The position numbers were made by a program, and so were the translations under genes. Shown here piece after piece: positions 39,883 through 49,953 of a stretch of 64,000 bases of DNA. Origin of the DNA: an uncultured bacterium (GTDB lineage Bacteria; Krumholzibacteriota; Krumholzibacteriia; JAJRXK01). Each line of letters begins with the position of its first letter. Within the stretch, counting starts at the first letter, position 1. The DNA lies in contig CAZRMV010000010.1 of assembly GCA_964601275.1 (NCBI GenBank), forward strand, positions 70,999 to 134,998. The letters are read 5' to 3'. Under the pieces are notes generated by a model, which searched no databases, was not told where the DNA came from, and saw only the letters and a list, made by a program, of their open reading frames with translations.

Positions 39883-40052
39883 GGGTGGTCGGATCCTGAA
39901 CAGGGGGGACATCAATCGGCAGGGGGAAGGGCCAAGGATAGCCGAGAGGGGGAAGGCCGGCCACGCTTTCCCTCGGCGCCGGGTTGGATGCTCCTCCCGA
40001 CCGGGGACGATCGGGCCTCGATGGGTTGGCAATCCCCCCTTTCGGGGCGACC

Positions 40053-40081
40053 TTGACAGTGTCCCGGGGCCTTGCTACATT
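40053..40081 (+). promoter_or_regulatory. sigma70 promoter for tRNA-Lys
   Basis: TTGACA-17 nt-TACATT. Confidence 0.7.
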
Positions 40082-40164
40082 GCCGGTCCGCTTGGCAGGC
40101 GACGCCGCTCTGGGCTCCTCGAGCTCCTTCCCGGCCCGGTCGGCTCGCGCCACAGATCTTGGGT

Positions 40165-40240
<76 letters not shown>

Positions 40241-40364
40241 ACCAACCTTCTCGGCGACAGTCCGTTGCGTGGATGGGCATGCAAGGCGGCAGAGCCGACC
40301 GGTTCCGCGATCACATGGTGAAGAGAGTCATCCGCCGCGACGGAGAAGGTCCTGGACAATCACT

Positions 40365-41071
40365 TCAATACGTCACCTGCGCTTCCACGAGTTCCGCCGC
40401 ACGCTCGGAGGCGATGGGAGGGCCGAGTGCACCAGTGAAGGGATCACGTTCCCGGGAGATCATGCGTTCCCGGCAGCGAATGGGTCCTACCTGCGGCGCG
40501 TAGACGATGATGCCGGCGGCATAGGGGTGGTACGAGTCGATCACATCACCGCTTTCATTGGTGACCTCTTCCACGCCGAAGTCGACCGCGTAGATCACCT
40601 CGATGCAGTATGCGTAGTCGCGCCCGCCGATCATGCAATCGCCCTCGCTCCACACCGTGGCGTACAGCCAGATGTCGTTGGCCAGGGCCGGGATGAGCTG
40701 GTGAGAGAACGAGTGACCCGGCGAGAGATCGCTCTCGAGATACTTCCACGCGAGGAGGGTGTCGACATCGCCATAGGTCCCGATGTACGAGGCGGTCCTC
40801 TCCCATACCGCACCGAAGAGAAACAAGGGCTCGAGGTATCCGCGGACGCTCACTTTCCGGGCCTCCGGGCCGGTCATCAGTGTCGGGTAGACGCTCCGTG
40901 CCTCGTCGCGGAGACCCGGCCGGGCCCCCAGAAGCGGTCGCAAGAGGTTCGAGCCGGGATCGACCTCGATGCTTCTCAGTTCGGAACCGATCGGAATATA
41001 GAAGGTCTCCTTCAGATTCTGACCCGTGGCGCCCGACAAGGTCGTTCGGTGTTGGGCCAGATGTTCTCCAG
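40365..41071 (-). pseudogene. Hypothetical lipoprotein-family paralog 2, N-terminus deleted/frameshifted
   Basis: Collinear with paralog 1 (LAWKYL/LAWKCL, HQLIPALA/YQLIPRLA, DFGV, IVYAP.GP); remnant LENIWPNTE in another frame at 41045..41071. Confidence 0.6.
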
Positions 41072-41731
41072 GGTCGCCCTGGGTTCATCCGTGCCAGGTA
41101 CCGGAAGACCGGCCCCGCGCCGGGAGCGTAGACGATGGTCCCGACGGTGAAATCGCGCAGGTACTCAGCGCTTCCCGGTGAAGTCTCAGAAACCCCGAAG
41201 TCGATCAGGTAGACGCATTCCAGACTGTTCCGGTAGCTGATGCCATCCCCTCGATAGGTGAACTGCCGTCGGATCCACGCGTGGACCCATACCTCCGACG
41301 CCAGGCGGGGAATGAGCTGGTAGTCGGAGCGGCTGCCAACCGTGAGTTCGGAAGCGAGACACTTCCAGGCCAGGTCCTGGTCGGAATCGCTCAAGATGCC
41401 GATGTGGTCCTCGGACTTCTCGAAGATTCCGCCGTGCAGCAGGGTGAAGGGGAGGATGAGTTCCACCGCCTCGGAGCTCGCGGTGCCGGTCGCAAGCTGG
41501 AGACGCTCCTGCAGGTCCGGCCGGGTCGGGTCGCCGGGCAGATCCTGGCGCATCCACTGGTAGGTCCATGTCGTTCCGTCGGCGTTGGGCCAGAGGCTGT
41601 CGAGGCTCGGCGGGTTGACGCCCGGACCGGTGGTGTCATCCCCGCAACCGGCGGTGAACACGATTCCGGTGGTGGAGAGCAGGCCGGCAGCGAGCAGGAG
41701 GAGACGAGTCTATCAGAAAACGTAGGTCATG
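41072..41731 (-). pseudogene. Hypothetical lipoprotein paralog 1, signal peptide interrupted
   Basis: ATG ACC TAC GTT TTC TGA TAG then in-frame TRLLLLAAGLL...TAGC lipobox; LDSLWPNADGTTWTY. Confidence 0.55.
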
Positions 41732-41891
41732 ACGATTGCAATGCCCAACGGGTCGCGCTCGCGAGGGCGATTGCCACCAGGAAACTCAGAGGGTTCCGAT
41801 GAGGATGTATTCGGACTGCGTCTGCTTCTTGGCTTCTTCGAACCGGAGGACGGACTTGGCGGCGATAGGGCCTCTTCGGGCCACACTCCAC

Positions 41892-41917
41892 CCATGCACA
41901 TTCTTCGAGGCACAGCT
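41892..41917 (-). mobile_element. Solo, degenerate terminal IR of the resident IS1-family element
   Basis: 23 bp identical to the IR (CCATGCACATTCTTCGAGGCACA), two mismatches in the outer three bases. Confidence 0.8.
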
Positions 41918-41932
41918 CTCCCAGTCCCGGGG

Positions 41933-41970
41933 CCGGCCGGCCCGAGGTGCTGAAGAGCCGGGCCGGCCGG
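41933..41970 (-). terminator. 12-bp inverted repeat downstream of the cytochrome gene
   Basis: CCGGCCGGCCCG ... CGGGCCGGCCGG. Confidence 0.45.
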
Positions 41971-41994
41971 TGTTGCCGTCGTGACGGCCCGCGG

Positions 41995-43494
41995 TCAGTT
42001 CATGGCGGCCAGGATCTCCAGCGCCCGGTCGTTGGCGTCGTTCAGAAGAGCCATCAGGTAGTTGTGGTTGTGGAAACCACTACTCTCATCCGACTCCGCA
42101 TACGCCAGGTTGTGCTGCGCCTCCTCCAGTTTCGACAGCAACGTCGGATCGGTCGATCCGTTGAGAACGGTGGCGGCTGCTTCCACATTGGCCGCCACGG
42201 TCGCATCCAGGGTCGAGAAGGACGACTGGAAATTGTCGATGATCCCCTGGGCGGTCGTGGCATCGAAGGAGGGATGACAACTGCTCTGTCCGCAGGAGAC
42301 GGTGTCTCCACCGGTGCCTTCCGGTACGAAGATGCTGAACCCATGGCCGTGGAACATGGACGAATTGCTCCCATCCACATCGCTGACGTACATATGACAA
42401 TCCTTGCACCCGGCCGAGGGCATGAGTTGCTGGGAAGCAACGCCGATTCCGCCTTCTCCAGTGCGGATGTCATAACTGAGATGGTCCGTGCCGGCGAAGC
42501 GGAGGCTCCCATGGCATTGTCCACACAATTCGTCGGCATCGGTCATCGCTTCGTACTCCATGGTGGCCGAATTGAAGTACGATGGGGTGTCCGGCTGATG
42601 CGGATCGTGACAGGCGACACACGAGACATCCGGCCATTCCGCGGTGTTCCTCGGAGAGGTTCCCTCGGTGAAGACGCCGCCACTGGTGGTGAAGAAATAC
42701 GCCAGGGCTTCGTCCTCCCGCATTCCCCCGTTGGCCAGGACCGCGGTCGGGGCATGACAGGCCACGCAGTTTTCCGGATCGGCGCCGGTGACGGTTTCAT
42801 GGGGCGTCTCACCCGCGCGTTCGGCCGCCAGCTCATCGGCGACATCCTGCTGGGTGATGGCGTGCCTGCTGCTGCGCCACGCGTCGTAGGTCCGGTGATC
42901 GGTCTCGGCGAAGCGGAGGCTTCCGTGGCATTGACCGCACAAAGCACTCGATCCGTCCATCGGCGTGTAGTGCGCCGTGCGGGAGTCGAAGATGGAGAGG
43001 ATCGGTGGATCGTCCGGGTGGTCCTGCGAGACATCGTGACACACCGCGCAGTCGACGTGTGACCACTCGCCGGAATGCAGCGGTTCTGTCTGGGCGGTGA
43101 ACACACCGTTGTCCGTGGTGAAGAAATATTCCAGCGCGTCGGTCTCGGTCATCGATCCGTTGGCCTGGACCGCACGGGGACCGTGGCACGCGATGCAGTT
43201 CTCGGGGTCGCTGCCATGGAGGACTTCGTCCGGGGTTTCCCCCGTCCGTTCCGCGGCGAGTTCCTCGGCGACATCGCTCTGGGTGTCCGCGTGACGGCTC
43301 GCCTGCCACACCGCAATCTGCGATGAATGGCATTGGCTGCAATCGGCGGAATCGATCCCGGGATTCGGCGGGCATTCGGGACAATTGTTGTCGTTGCTGC
43401 AGCCCGCCATCATCAGGATGAACGCAAAGGTGACCATCAGCGCCACGAGGACCCATCCCGAGACCCCCGGTGTGCGCTTCTGTGATCTCATCAT
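41995..43494 (-). CDS. Multiheme c-type cytochrome lipoprotein (8 CxxCH + 1 CX4CH)
   Basis: LMMAGC lipobox; duplicated triheme module; C-terminal helical region with SSGFHN as in c552/NrfA-clan cytochromes; GAGGAGG SD. Confidence 0.85.
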   Translation of the reverse strand: MMRSQKRTPGVSGWVLVALMVTFAFILMMAGCSNDNNCPECPPNPGIDSADCSQCHSSQIAVWQASRHADTQSDVAEELAAERTGETPDEVLHGSDPENCIACHGPRAVQANGSMTETDALEYFFTTDNGVFTAQTEPLHSGEWSHVDCAVCHDVSQDHPDDPPILSIFDSRTAHYTPMDGSSALCGQCHGSLRFAETDHRTYDAWRSSRHAITQQDVADELAAERAGETPHETVTGADPENCVACHAPTAVLANGGMREDEALAYFFTTSGGVFTEGTSPRNTAEWPDVSCVACHDPHQPDTPSYFNSATMEYEAMTDADELCGQCHGSLRFAGTDHLSYDIRTGEGGIGVASQQLMPSAGCKDCHMYVSDVDGSNSSMFHGHGFSIFVPEGTGGDTVSCGQSSCHPSFDATTAQGIIDNFQSSFSTLDATVAANVEAAATVLNGSTDPTLLSKLEEAQHNLAYAESDESSGFHNHNYLMALLNDANDRALEILAAMN

Positions 43495-43649
43495 TCGCCT
43501 CCTCGAATGGACCTTCCCCCGGTGGGTCCGGATGTGCCCGTACGGGGAGAGGTCACCACCACCCCACGGGGAGATTGCGAACGCCCGCCGTGGGGTGGAC
43601 ACCCCAAAGACAGGACTTTGGACCCCAGAGATCAAGAGTTATGGATCGT

Positions 43650-44225
43650 TTACCCTGATATTTGCACAAACGAACGTCCGCTCATCGCAGGGTCTTCCGG
43701 CCAGCGCGCCTCCATGAACTTGCCGATCCCGAACGCGGCTCCCTGGACGGTGGCCACCAGGCCGCCGAGGAGGATCACCGCCTGTGCGCCGAGCGGATCC
43801 GGAGCCGATGGCCCGGGCGTCATCCGGGTCATCCACCAGCCCAGGAAGGCGAGACTGGCCGCATGCACCACCTGGTCGACGAGAAAGGCCTGGGCCGTAT
43901 CGCGGAATCGTTGCTTGAGGCCGTCGATCAAGGTGTGCACCGCGAAGAGGGTCACCGGGAGAAGCCACAGTCCCCAGTTCTGGATCGCCAGGTAGGCGAC
44001 CGCGGCGTGGATCAAACCATGCAGCAGGAGGAATCGCCCGTTCCTCTTGCGTTCGACGAGTGCGTCCGGCTGGAGAAGGAAATCGGCCAGGCAATGGGAA
44101 GCGAGGAGGATCAGGATCCAGTGGGTCATCGGTCGCGCCTCGGGCTCATCGGTCGTGCCTCCCTCGACGCGGTCGGGAAGGGGGGATTCCCGCGGTCCAT
44201 CGCTTCGACGACGCCCAGAGCTCAT
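43650..44225 (-). pseudogene. DUF3307 domain membrane protein, probably 3'-truncated
   Basis: SHCLADFLLQP, LLHGLIHA, HTLIDGLK, FLVDQVVH; ATGA overlap with SatD stop (alternative start 44129). Confidence 0.65.
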
Positions 44226-44869
44226 TCCCGATCGAGAGCTCGGAGAATCTCCTCCTCGGCCCAGCGCAAGGCCTGCTGGACCGCCGGCCAGTGGGCGCGT
44301 TTCAAGGACTTCGCCACCGCCTGCCTCGAGATCGAACCGCCATCGGTCTTGGGGGGCCATCGCCGGGCGATCTCTTCTTGGGTCAAGCCCTGGAGTGCCC
44401 CGGAGACCGCCCGGGATTCGGCGGGGGCCCAATCGAGCGCCACGGAATCCAGCAGGGGGGTCACCGCCCGGGCCAGGGCCGTCCGCTGCCCGAACCAACG
44501 CAGGGGGGAGGAGAAGCCGAGGGTCACACCCCCCAGCGCATCCAGTCCCTTGCCGGAGTGGAGGAACGCGGCGCCGCGGGAATCGGAGATCCTCTCCTCC
44601 GAGATGTCCTCGACTTCACCCAGCCCGATGGAGATGCGGGTGTCGTAGCGTACCGGGGGTTCGGAGAGCATCTTGAGACGACACCGCAGGAACAGCGCGG
44701 CGCGGAAGCAGAGTTCGGGCTTCGTGAGCAACAATTGCCAGCTGTCGTGACGAAAGGTATCGATGCTGCCGCGGATGGAGTGAGGATGGAACGACTCGAA
44801 TTGCCGGGCCGCTTCGGTCAGTTCATCCATCGCCCGGCGGCCTTGCTCCGCCGTCAACCTGGATGCTTC
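44222..44869 (-). pseudogene. SatD family protein, 5'-truncated
   Basis: FRHDSWQ, DTRISIGLG, SRGAAF..SG, C-terminal HTH LTQEEIA...ISRQAVAKSLKRAHW; begins directly after the pcm stop with no GD-containing N-terminus. Confidence 0.65.
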
Positions 44870-45601
44870 TCAGTGCTTTCCGTGATCGCCGGTCACCGGC
44901 ACGAAGCGGACCGGGAGGAGGCGCCGGGTCGTGTACTCGTCCTCCTGCGTCTTCTCCACCAGGACCAGCTCCTGGTAACCGCCGGCCTCGCCGAGCGGCA
45001 TCAACAGCTTGCCGCCGACCCGCAACTGCCCGAGCAGGGTCTCGGGAATCTCGGGCGCCGCCGCGGTGATGATGATCCGGTCGAACGGAGCCGCCTCGGG
45101 CCATCCCGCCCAGCCGTCCCCCGCGCGGACGTGCACGTTGTCATACCCGAGTTCCTTCAAGGTCGCGGCGGCCCGCTGGGCCAAGGGCTTGTGGATCTCC
45201 ACCGTGTATACCTCTTCAACCAGCCGGGAAGCGACCGCGGCCTGGTATCCCGAACCGGTGCCCAGTTCGAAGAGCTTGTGCTGGGGCTTCAGATCCAGTT
45301 CCTGGGTCATGTACGCCACGATGTAGGGCTGCGAGATGGTCTGGCCGTCGCCGATCGGCTGGGGCGCGTCCTGGTAGGCGAAGGCCCGGTACGCCTTGGG
45401 TAGGAAGAGATGGCGCGGCACTTCCCGCATCGCCTCGATCACTCGTGGATCGTGGATGCCGCGCTTGAGGATCTGGTTCTCGACCATCGCCACCCGCTGT
45501 GATTTCCAGGAGTGCTGGTTGGCCACGAGCAGCGGAACGGCGAAGAGGGCGGCGATCGAGGCGGCGCACCTGGCCAGGATCCGAGTGAGGAAGGTGCTCA
45601 T
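44870..45601 (-). CDS. pcm: Protein-L-isoaspartate O-methyltransferase
   Basis: VPRHLF, IGDGQTISQPYIVA, ELGTGSGYQAA, GDGWAGWPEAAPFDRIIITAA, VRFVP. Confidence 0.95.
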   Translation of the reverse strand: MSTFLTRILARCAASIAALFAVPLLVANQHSWKSQRVAMVENQILKRGIHDPRVIEAMREVPRHLFLPKAYRAFAYQDAPQPIGDGQTISQPYIVAYMTQELDLKPQHKLFELGTGSGYQAAVASRLVEEVYTVEIHKPLAQRAAATLKELGYDNVHVRAGDGWAGWPEAAPFDRIIITAAAPEIPETLLGQLRVGGKLLMPLGEAGGYQELVLVEKTQEDEYTTRRLLPVRFVPVTGDHGKH

Positions 45602-45788
45602 GGTCAGCTCCCGGGAATCCGTTCTCTGTTCCTCCAAGTACGCAAGGGATGCGCGAACGGCAAGTCGCCGCCGGCCAAGACGCAGGGGCGATTCCTCCAA
45701 GGTCTTGGAGTTTCGACACTTGACACCTTGTCCCTGACCTCACAGTTTCGGCCGTAGCGCTCGATGCGAGACGAAGGCGAGTCCATCC

Positions 45789-48032
45789 ATGAGCCACGTC
45801 ATTCCCCCGGAATCCTCGTTCAGGATCAGCACGCCCACCTCCACGATCCCATTCCGGCGCTTGTCGGGTCTGATCGCACTGCTGTTGGCGGTGCCTCTTC
45901 CCGCCGGCGCAGCCGTTCCACGGACGACGGTTCTTCCGGTGGTCACCGCGGGGCATTCCACCGGCGAGATCCAACTCGACGGACGCCTGGACGAGGAGGC
46001 CTGGCAACACGCGGGGATCATCTCCGACCTCACCCAGCAGGATCCGCACCCGGGGGAACCCACGCCCTTCAAGACCGAGATCCGGGTTCTCGTCGACCAG
46101 GAGAACCTGTACTTCGGCGTCTATTGCCACGACCCCGATCCGCAAGCCATCGCGATACACACCATGTCCCGCGACGGCAACCTGTGGGGCGACGACAACA
46201 TCGCATTCGTCCTGGACACCTTCGGTGACCAACGCACCGGATACTTCTTCCGCACCAACGCGGCCGGGGCCCGCCAGGACGGTCTCATCTCCAACTCGGA
46301 GGACTCATCGACGAACTGGGATGGGATCTGGGACGTGAGAACGCGCCGGGTGAAGGACGGTTGGACCGCGGAATTCGTGATTCCCTCGCAGACCTTGCGG
46401 TTCACCCGCGGGCTCGACCAGTGGGGATTCAACGTGGAACGCAGGATCGCCCGCAGCCGCATGAGCCTTCGCTGGACCGGGATCACGCTCGATTCCCGTC
46501 TGAACGACTTCCGCCGAGCGGGCCGGTTGGCTGGGGTGGGCGGATTGCGGCAGGGAATCGGACTGTCGGTGAGTCCCTATGGCCTGGTGCGGGGAGAAGG
46601 TGGGGTGAACGGGGTCGACCGGGTCACCACCGGCGATGTCGGAGGAGACGTCACCTGGAATCTCAGCTCGAACCTCACCGGGGTGGTGACGGTGAACACC
46701 GATTTCGCCGAGACCGACGTCGATACCCGCCAGATCAATCTCACTCGCTTTCCCCTGTTCTTCCCGGAGAAACGCGCCTTCTTCCTGGAGGGGTCGAGCC
46801 TCTTCTCGTTCGGGACGGGTTTGAGAACCGATTTCATCGCCTTCTTCTCACGGCGCATCGGTCTGTACCAGGGCGATGAGATTCCGATCAACGCCGGATT
46901 GAAGGTACTCGGGAGAGCCGGCCGGTGGAACATCGGCGCCCTGGACACCTTCATGGGTTCCAGCGAAGCCACCCGTTCGACCAACCTGTTCGCCGGGAGG
47001 GTCACCTACGACGTGGACGATCACTTGACCGTTGGGTTGATCGCCACCAACGGGGACCCGAGCGGGAAGGCGGACAACTCCCTCCTGGGGGTGGACGCGC
47101 AGTGGCGAACCTCCACCTTCCATGGCGACAAGAACCTCGCCTTCGGAGCCTGGGGATCCTTCACCTCCAGTTCGGATGTTCCGGGCCGACCGGCCGGCTG
47201 GGGTCTCAAGCTCGATTATCCCAATGATCTGTGGGATCTCTTTCTCATCTACAAGCAATTCGGGCGGGAGATGGATCCGGCGCTGGGGTTCTTGCCCCGG
47301 CCGGGAACCCGGTGGGTCCAGGGCGGAGGCGCATTCCAACCCCGGCCCAACGTCCCCGCGCTTTCGTGGATCCGACAGTGGTTCTTCGAGACCTTCGTCA
47401 CCTGGGTGGAGAACCTGGACGGGCACACCGAGTCGTGGCGGCTGTTCACCGCGCCCATCAACATCGAACTGGAATCGGGGGAACACATCGAAAGCAACTG
47501 GGTTCCCCAGTACGAAAGCCTGGATGAGGATTTCGAGATCGCCGACGGGGTGGTCATTCCCGCCGGCGACTACGATTTCACCCGCTTCAGGGTGGAAGCG
47601 CAGAGTGCGCGGAGCCGCCCGTGGCGCATCGGCAGCACGGTCTGGTTCGGCGAGTTCTACACCGGCCATCTCACCCAGATCGAGGCCTTCGCGAACGCCA
47701 CGATCGGAAGCGGTCATCTACGCCTGGAGCTTTCCGGTGAGCTGGACGAGGGCAGCTTGCCCGAAGGCGACTTCACCGAGCGTCTCTATGTCCTCGATAC
47801 CACCTACGCGTTCAATCCCGATCTGCTGCTGTCACTCAATCTCCAGTACGACTCGCCGTCGCGGACCCTGGGCGCCAACACCCGCCTGCGCTGGACCCTC
47901 GAGCCCGGCAAGGACCTCTACATCGTCTGGAACCGGGGCTGGCGGCGATCGGATCCGAGCGCGCGCTCCGATTTCCTGCGGCCGGTCGACGACCAGCTCG
48001 TGGTCAAGCTGCGTTGGACCTTCCGGGCGTGA
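45789..48032 (+). CDS. CBM9-like / DUF5916 outer-membrane protein
   Basis: LDGRLDEEAW, WTAEFVIP, VNTDFAETDVD, FFPEKRAFFLEG, FFSRRIG; ends in W-x-F. Confidence 0.8.
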   Translation: MSHVIPPESSFRISTPTSTIPFRRLSGLIALLLAVPLPAGAAVPRTTVLPVVTAGHSTGEIQLDGRLDEEAWQHAGIISDLTQQDPHPGEPTPFKTEIRVLVDQENLYFGVYCHDPDPQAIAIHTMSRDGNLWGDDNIAFVLDTFGDQRTGYFFRTNAAGARQDGLISNSEDSSTNWDGIWDVRTRRVKDGWTAEFVIPSQTLRFTRGLDQWGFNVERRIARSRMSLRWTGITLDSRLNDFRRAGRLAGVGGLRQGIGLSVSPYGLVRGEGGVNGVDRVTTGDVGGDVTWNLSSNLTGVVTVNTDFAETDVDTRQINLTRFPLFFPEKRAFFLEGSSLFSFGTGLRTDFIAFFSRRIGLYQGDEIPINAGLKVLGRAGRWNIGALDTFMGSSEATRSTNLFAGRVTYDVDDHLTVGLIATNGDPSGKADNSLLGVDAQWRTSTFHGDKNLAFGAWGSFTSSSDVPGRPAGWGLKLDYPNDLWDLFLIYKQFGREMDPALGFLPRPGTRWVQGGGAFQPRPNVPALSWIRQWFFETFVTWVENLDGHTESWRLFTAPINIELESGEHIESNWVPQYESLDEDFEIADGVVIPAGDYDFTRFRVEAQSARSRPWRIGSTVWFGEFYTGHLTQIEAFANATIGSGHLRLELSGELDEGSLPEGDFTERLYVLDTTYAFNPDLLLSLNLQYDSPSRTLGANTRLRWTLEPGKDLYIVWNRGWRRSDPSARSDFLRPVDDQLVVKLRWTFRA

Positions 48033-48096
48033 TCCAGCTCCAGATCTCCATGACACCGGGGCTTCGTCCCCCCGTCGCCGGGCTTTCGTGCCCCCA

Positions 48097-49050
48097 TCAC
48101 CACGGTCGGGTCTTCTGCATCGGAAGGAAGGTCGGGGCGGTGGCCTCCCCGTCGAGAACGGCCTCCTGCAGCAATTCCACTTCGATCAGGTGCAAGGTTC
48201 CAAGGACGTTGCCCGACGCATCGGCGACCTCCCGGTTCAATTCCGATTTCAGTCCGATGTACCCGATGCGGCCATACCAGAGCTCGGTGCGGTCGTCAGG
48301 TCCGAAGACCGAGGCGTCGATCCGGACCGTCCACCCGGGCGTCGGGCCGGTGGGTAGATCGAAGGTCTCGCGGGCCACGACCTCCGCCGTGACCCGGACG
48401 TCGTCATCCCGGACGATCCACGTGGTCCCCAGGCCCAGCGGGTACTGCAGGAGGAGGAATTCGTTCTCCTCGACCCCGGTGGGGAAGCCGGAAACCCCGG
48501 CATGGACCGCGTTCCACCGGGCCGCGAGTTCTTCCAGGGCGCTTTGCCAGGCGGGCGGGACGCCCCGCGACAGCAATGTCGGCAAAGCGTCCGGTGGACC
48601 GACGTTGAAGGGCAGATCCGCGACGTAGAGTCCCTCCTGATCCTGACGGTAGTCGATTCTCTGGAACGCCACACTGTTCCCGTCGCGGATCTCGACTTCC
48701 TCGACGACATACTCCCGCCCGAAGACTTCCTCGCGGCCGGTCAGGCGCCGGGTGCGCCGGAGCGTGAGATCGTTGGAGATCACCGTTCCTTCGTCATTGA
48801 CGATGCGCAGGCTGATCTGGCTGAGGTACTCCCAGCGGTTGCCGACCTGGAGAGGATAGAAGTCTCCACCGGTGGGTGAGGGGGCTGCGGTCGGGCTGGG
48901 GTTTTCCCTGTCCGTGCACCCGCCCACGCCCCAGGAGACGAGCGGAACCAGGAGGAGGAGCAGGGTGATGCGGAAGACGGCCCCGGGATGGAGATCCTCG
49001 ATCGAGCGTCGCGGCTTGGCATCGGGCGGGTGATGGCGAACGATCGCCAT
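48097..49050 (-). CDS. Hypothetical lipoprotein
   Basis: LLLLLVPLVSWGVGGC lipobox; FYPLQVGNRWEY; start probably downstream of 49050. Confidence 0.6.
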   Translation of the reverse strand: MAIVRHHPPDAKPRRSIEDLHPGAVFRITLLLLLVPLVSWGVGGCTDRENPSPTAAPSPTGGDFYPLQVGNRWEYLSQISLRIVNDEGTVISNDLTLRRTRRLTGREEVFGREYVVEEVEIRDGNSVAFQRIDYRQDQEGLYVADLPFNVGPPDALPTLLSRGVPPAWQSALEELAARWNAVHAGVSGFPTGVEENEFLLLQYPLGLGTTWIVRDDDVRVTAEVVARETFDLPTGPTPGWTVRIDASVFGPDDRTELWYGRIGYIGLKSELNREVADASGNVLGTLHLIEVELLQEAVLDGEATAPTFLPMQKTRPW

Positions 49051-49087
49051 GGGCCGAGCCTCCTCTCCGCGGAACGGGAGTGCCTTC

Positions 49088-49681
49088 CTAGAACATCCCC
49101 AACTTCAGGGTGATCATTCCGAACCCGCCCTCGGCGTCGGCATTGCTGAGCACCGTCAGGTCGACCCCGCTCACGTAGCGGTAGCCGCCCCCGGCGGTCA
49201 GGCGGGCGAAGTCGGTCAGGTTCAGGACAAGCTGCACCGTGGGCTCGAGCACGAAGACCGAATCGGAGTCGGGGTCGTTCTCCGACCCCGCCACCGGATC
49301 GCGCAGCTTGATGCCGCCCAGGCCGGTGAGGATCGACAGGGTGGGGTGGATCACCGAATCGGCGAAGAACGCATACTCGAACTCGAAGCCGCCGTAGGTG
49401 AACTTGACCACCCGGTCGAGTCCGTCGGTGTTCTGCACGATCACGTCGCTGACCATGGTGTAGAGACTCGCCCCCAGCACGATCTTGTGATCGAGGATCC
49501 ATCCGCCCCGTCCGCCGAGAAAGGTCTCGTGGTCACCCTTGAACTCGCTTCCCTTGACCACCGGGGCAATGAACCCCCCGGACTCGATGTGGCCGGAGAA
49601 GAGACTTCCGGCCCTCCCGGCGGAGGGAAGGAGCAGGAGGATGGCGACGAGAAGGAGGAAGAGCGTCGATCGATGCGTCAT
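49088..49681 (-). CDS. Hypothetical small outer-membrane beta-barrel protein
   Basis: Signal peptide, alternating beta pattern, C-terminal Phe. Confidence 0.65.
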   Translation of the reverse strand: MTHRSTLFLLLVAILLLLPSAGRAGSLFSGHIESGGFIAPVVKGSEFKGDHETFLGGRGGWILDHKIVLGASLYTMVSDVIVQNTDGLDRVVKFTYGGFEFEYAFFADSVIHPTLSILTGLGGIKLRDPVAGSENDPDSDSVFVLEPTVQLVLNLTDFARLTAGGGYRYVSGVDLTVLSNADAEGGFGMITLKLGMF

Positions 49682-49953
49682 GGAGGATCTCCCCGGGAGG
49701 AAGAGCGGAAACCGGATGCCAGGAACCCGTCCATTCTACCCTACCGGCGCGCGCGGCGCATCTGCTGACTGCCCGGGCCGCCGATTCCGAGGATCTTCGA
49801 GCGGGCCTGGAATCGCCCTCCGGGGTGGAAAACACCACCGGATCGTCTCCCGCAATCCCCACCCGGATCGCCCTCTTGCGTGGCGGCGGCGAAAGACGGC
49901 TGGAAATCCCGGGAAAATGATGGGAATAATCAAGACACGAGGAGGCGATTGCC

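Noticed and set aside
41700-41731. Stop-codon readthrough or recoding in the lipoprotein signal peptide
   Set aside because: Two consecutive different stops (TGA TAG); other genes use standard stops; decay is the simpler explanation
41995-43494. Calling the nonaheme protein NrfA nitrite reductase
   Set aside because: No CxxCK active-site motif; only the C-terminal helices resemble that clan
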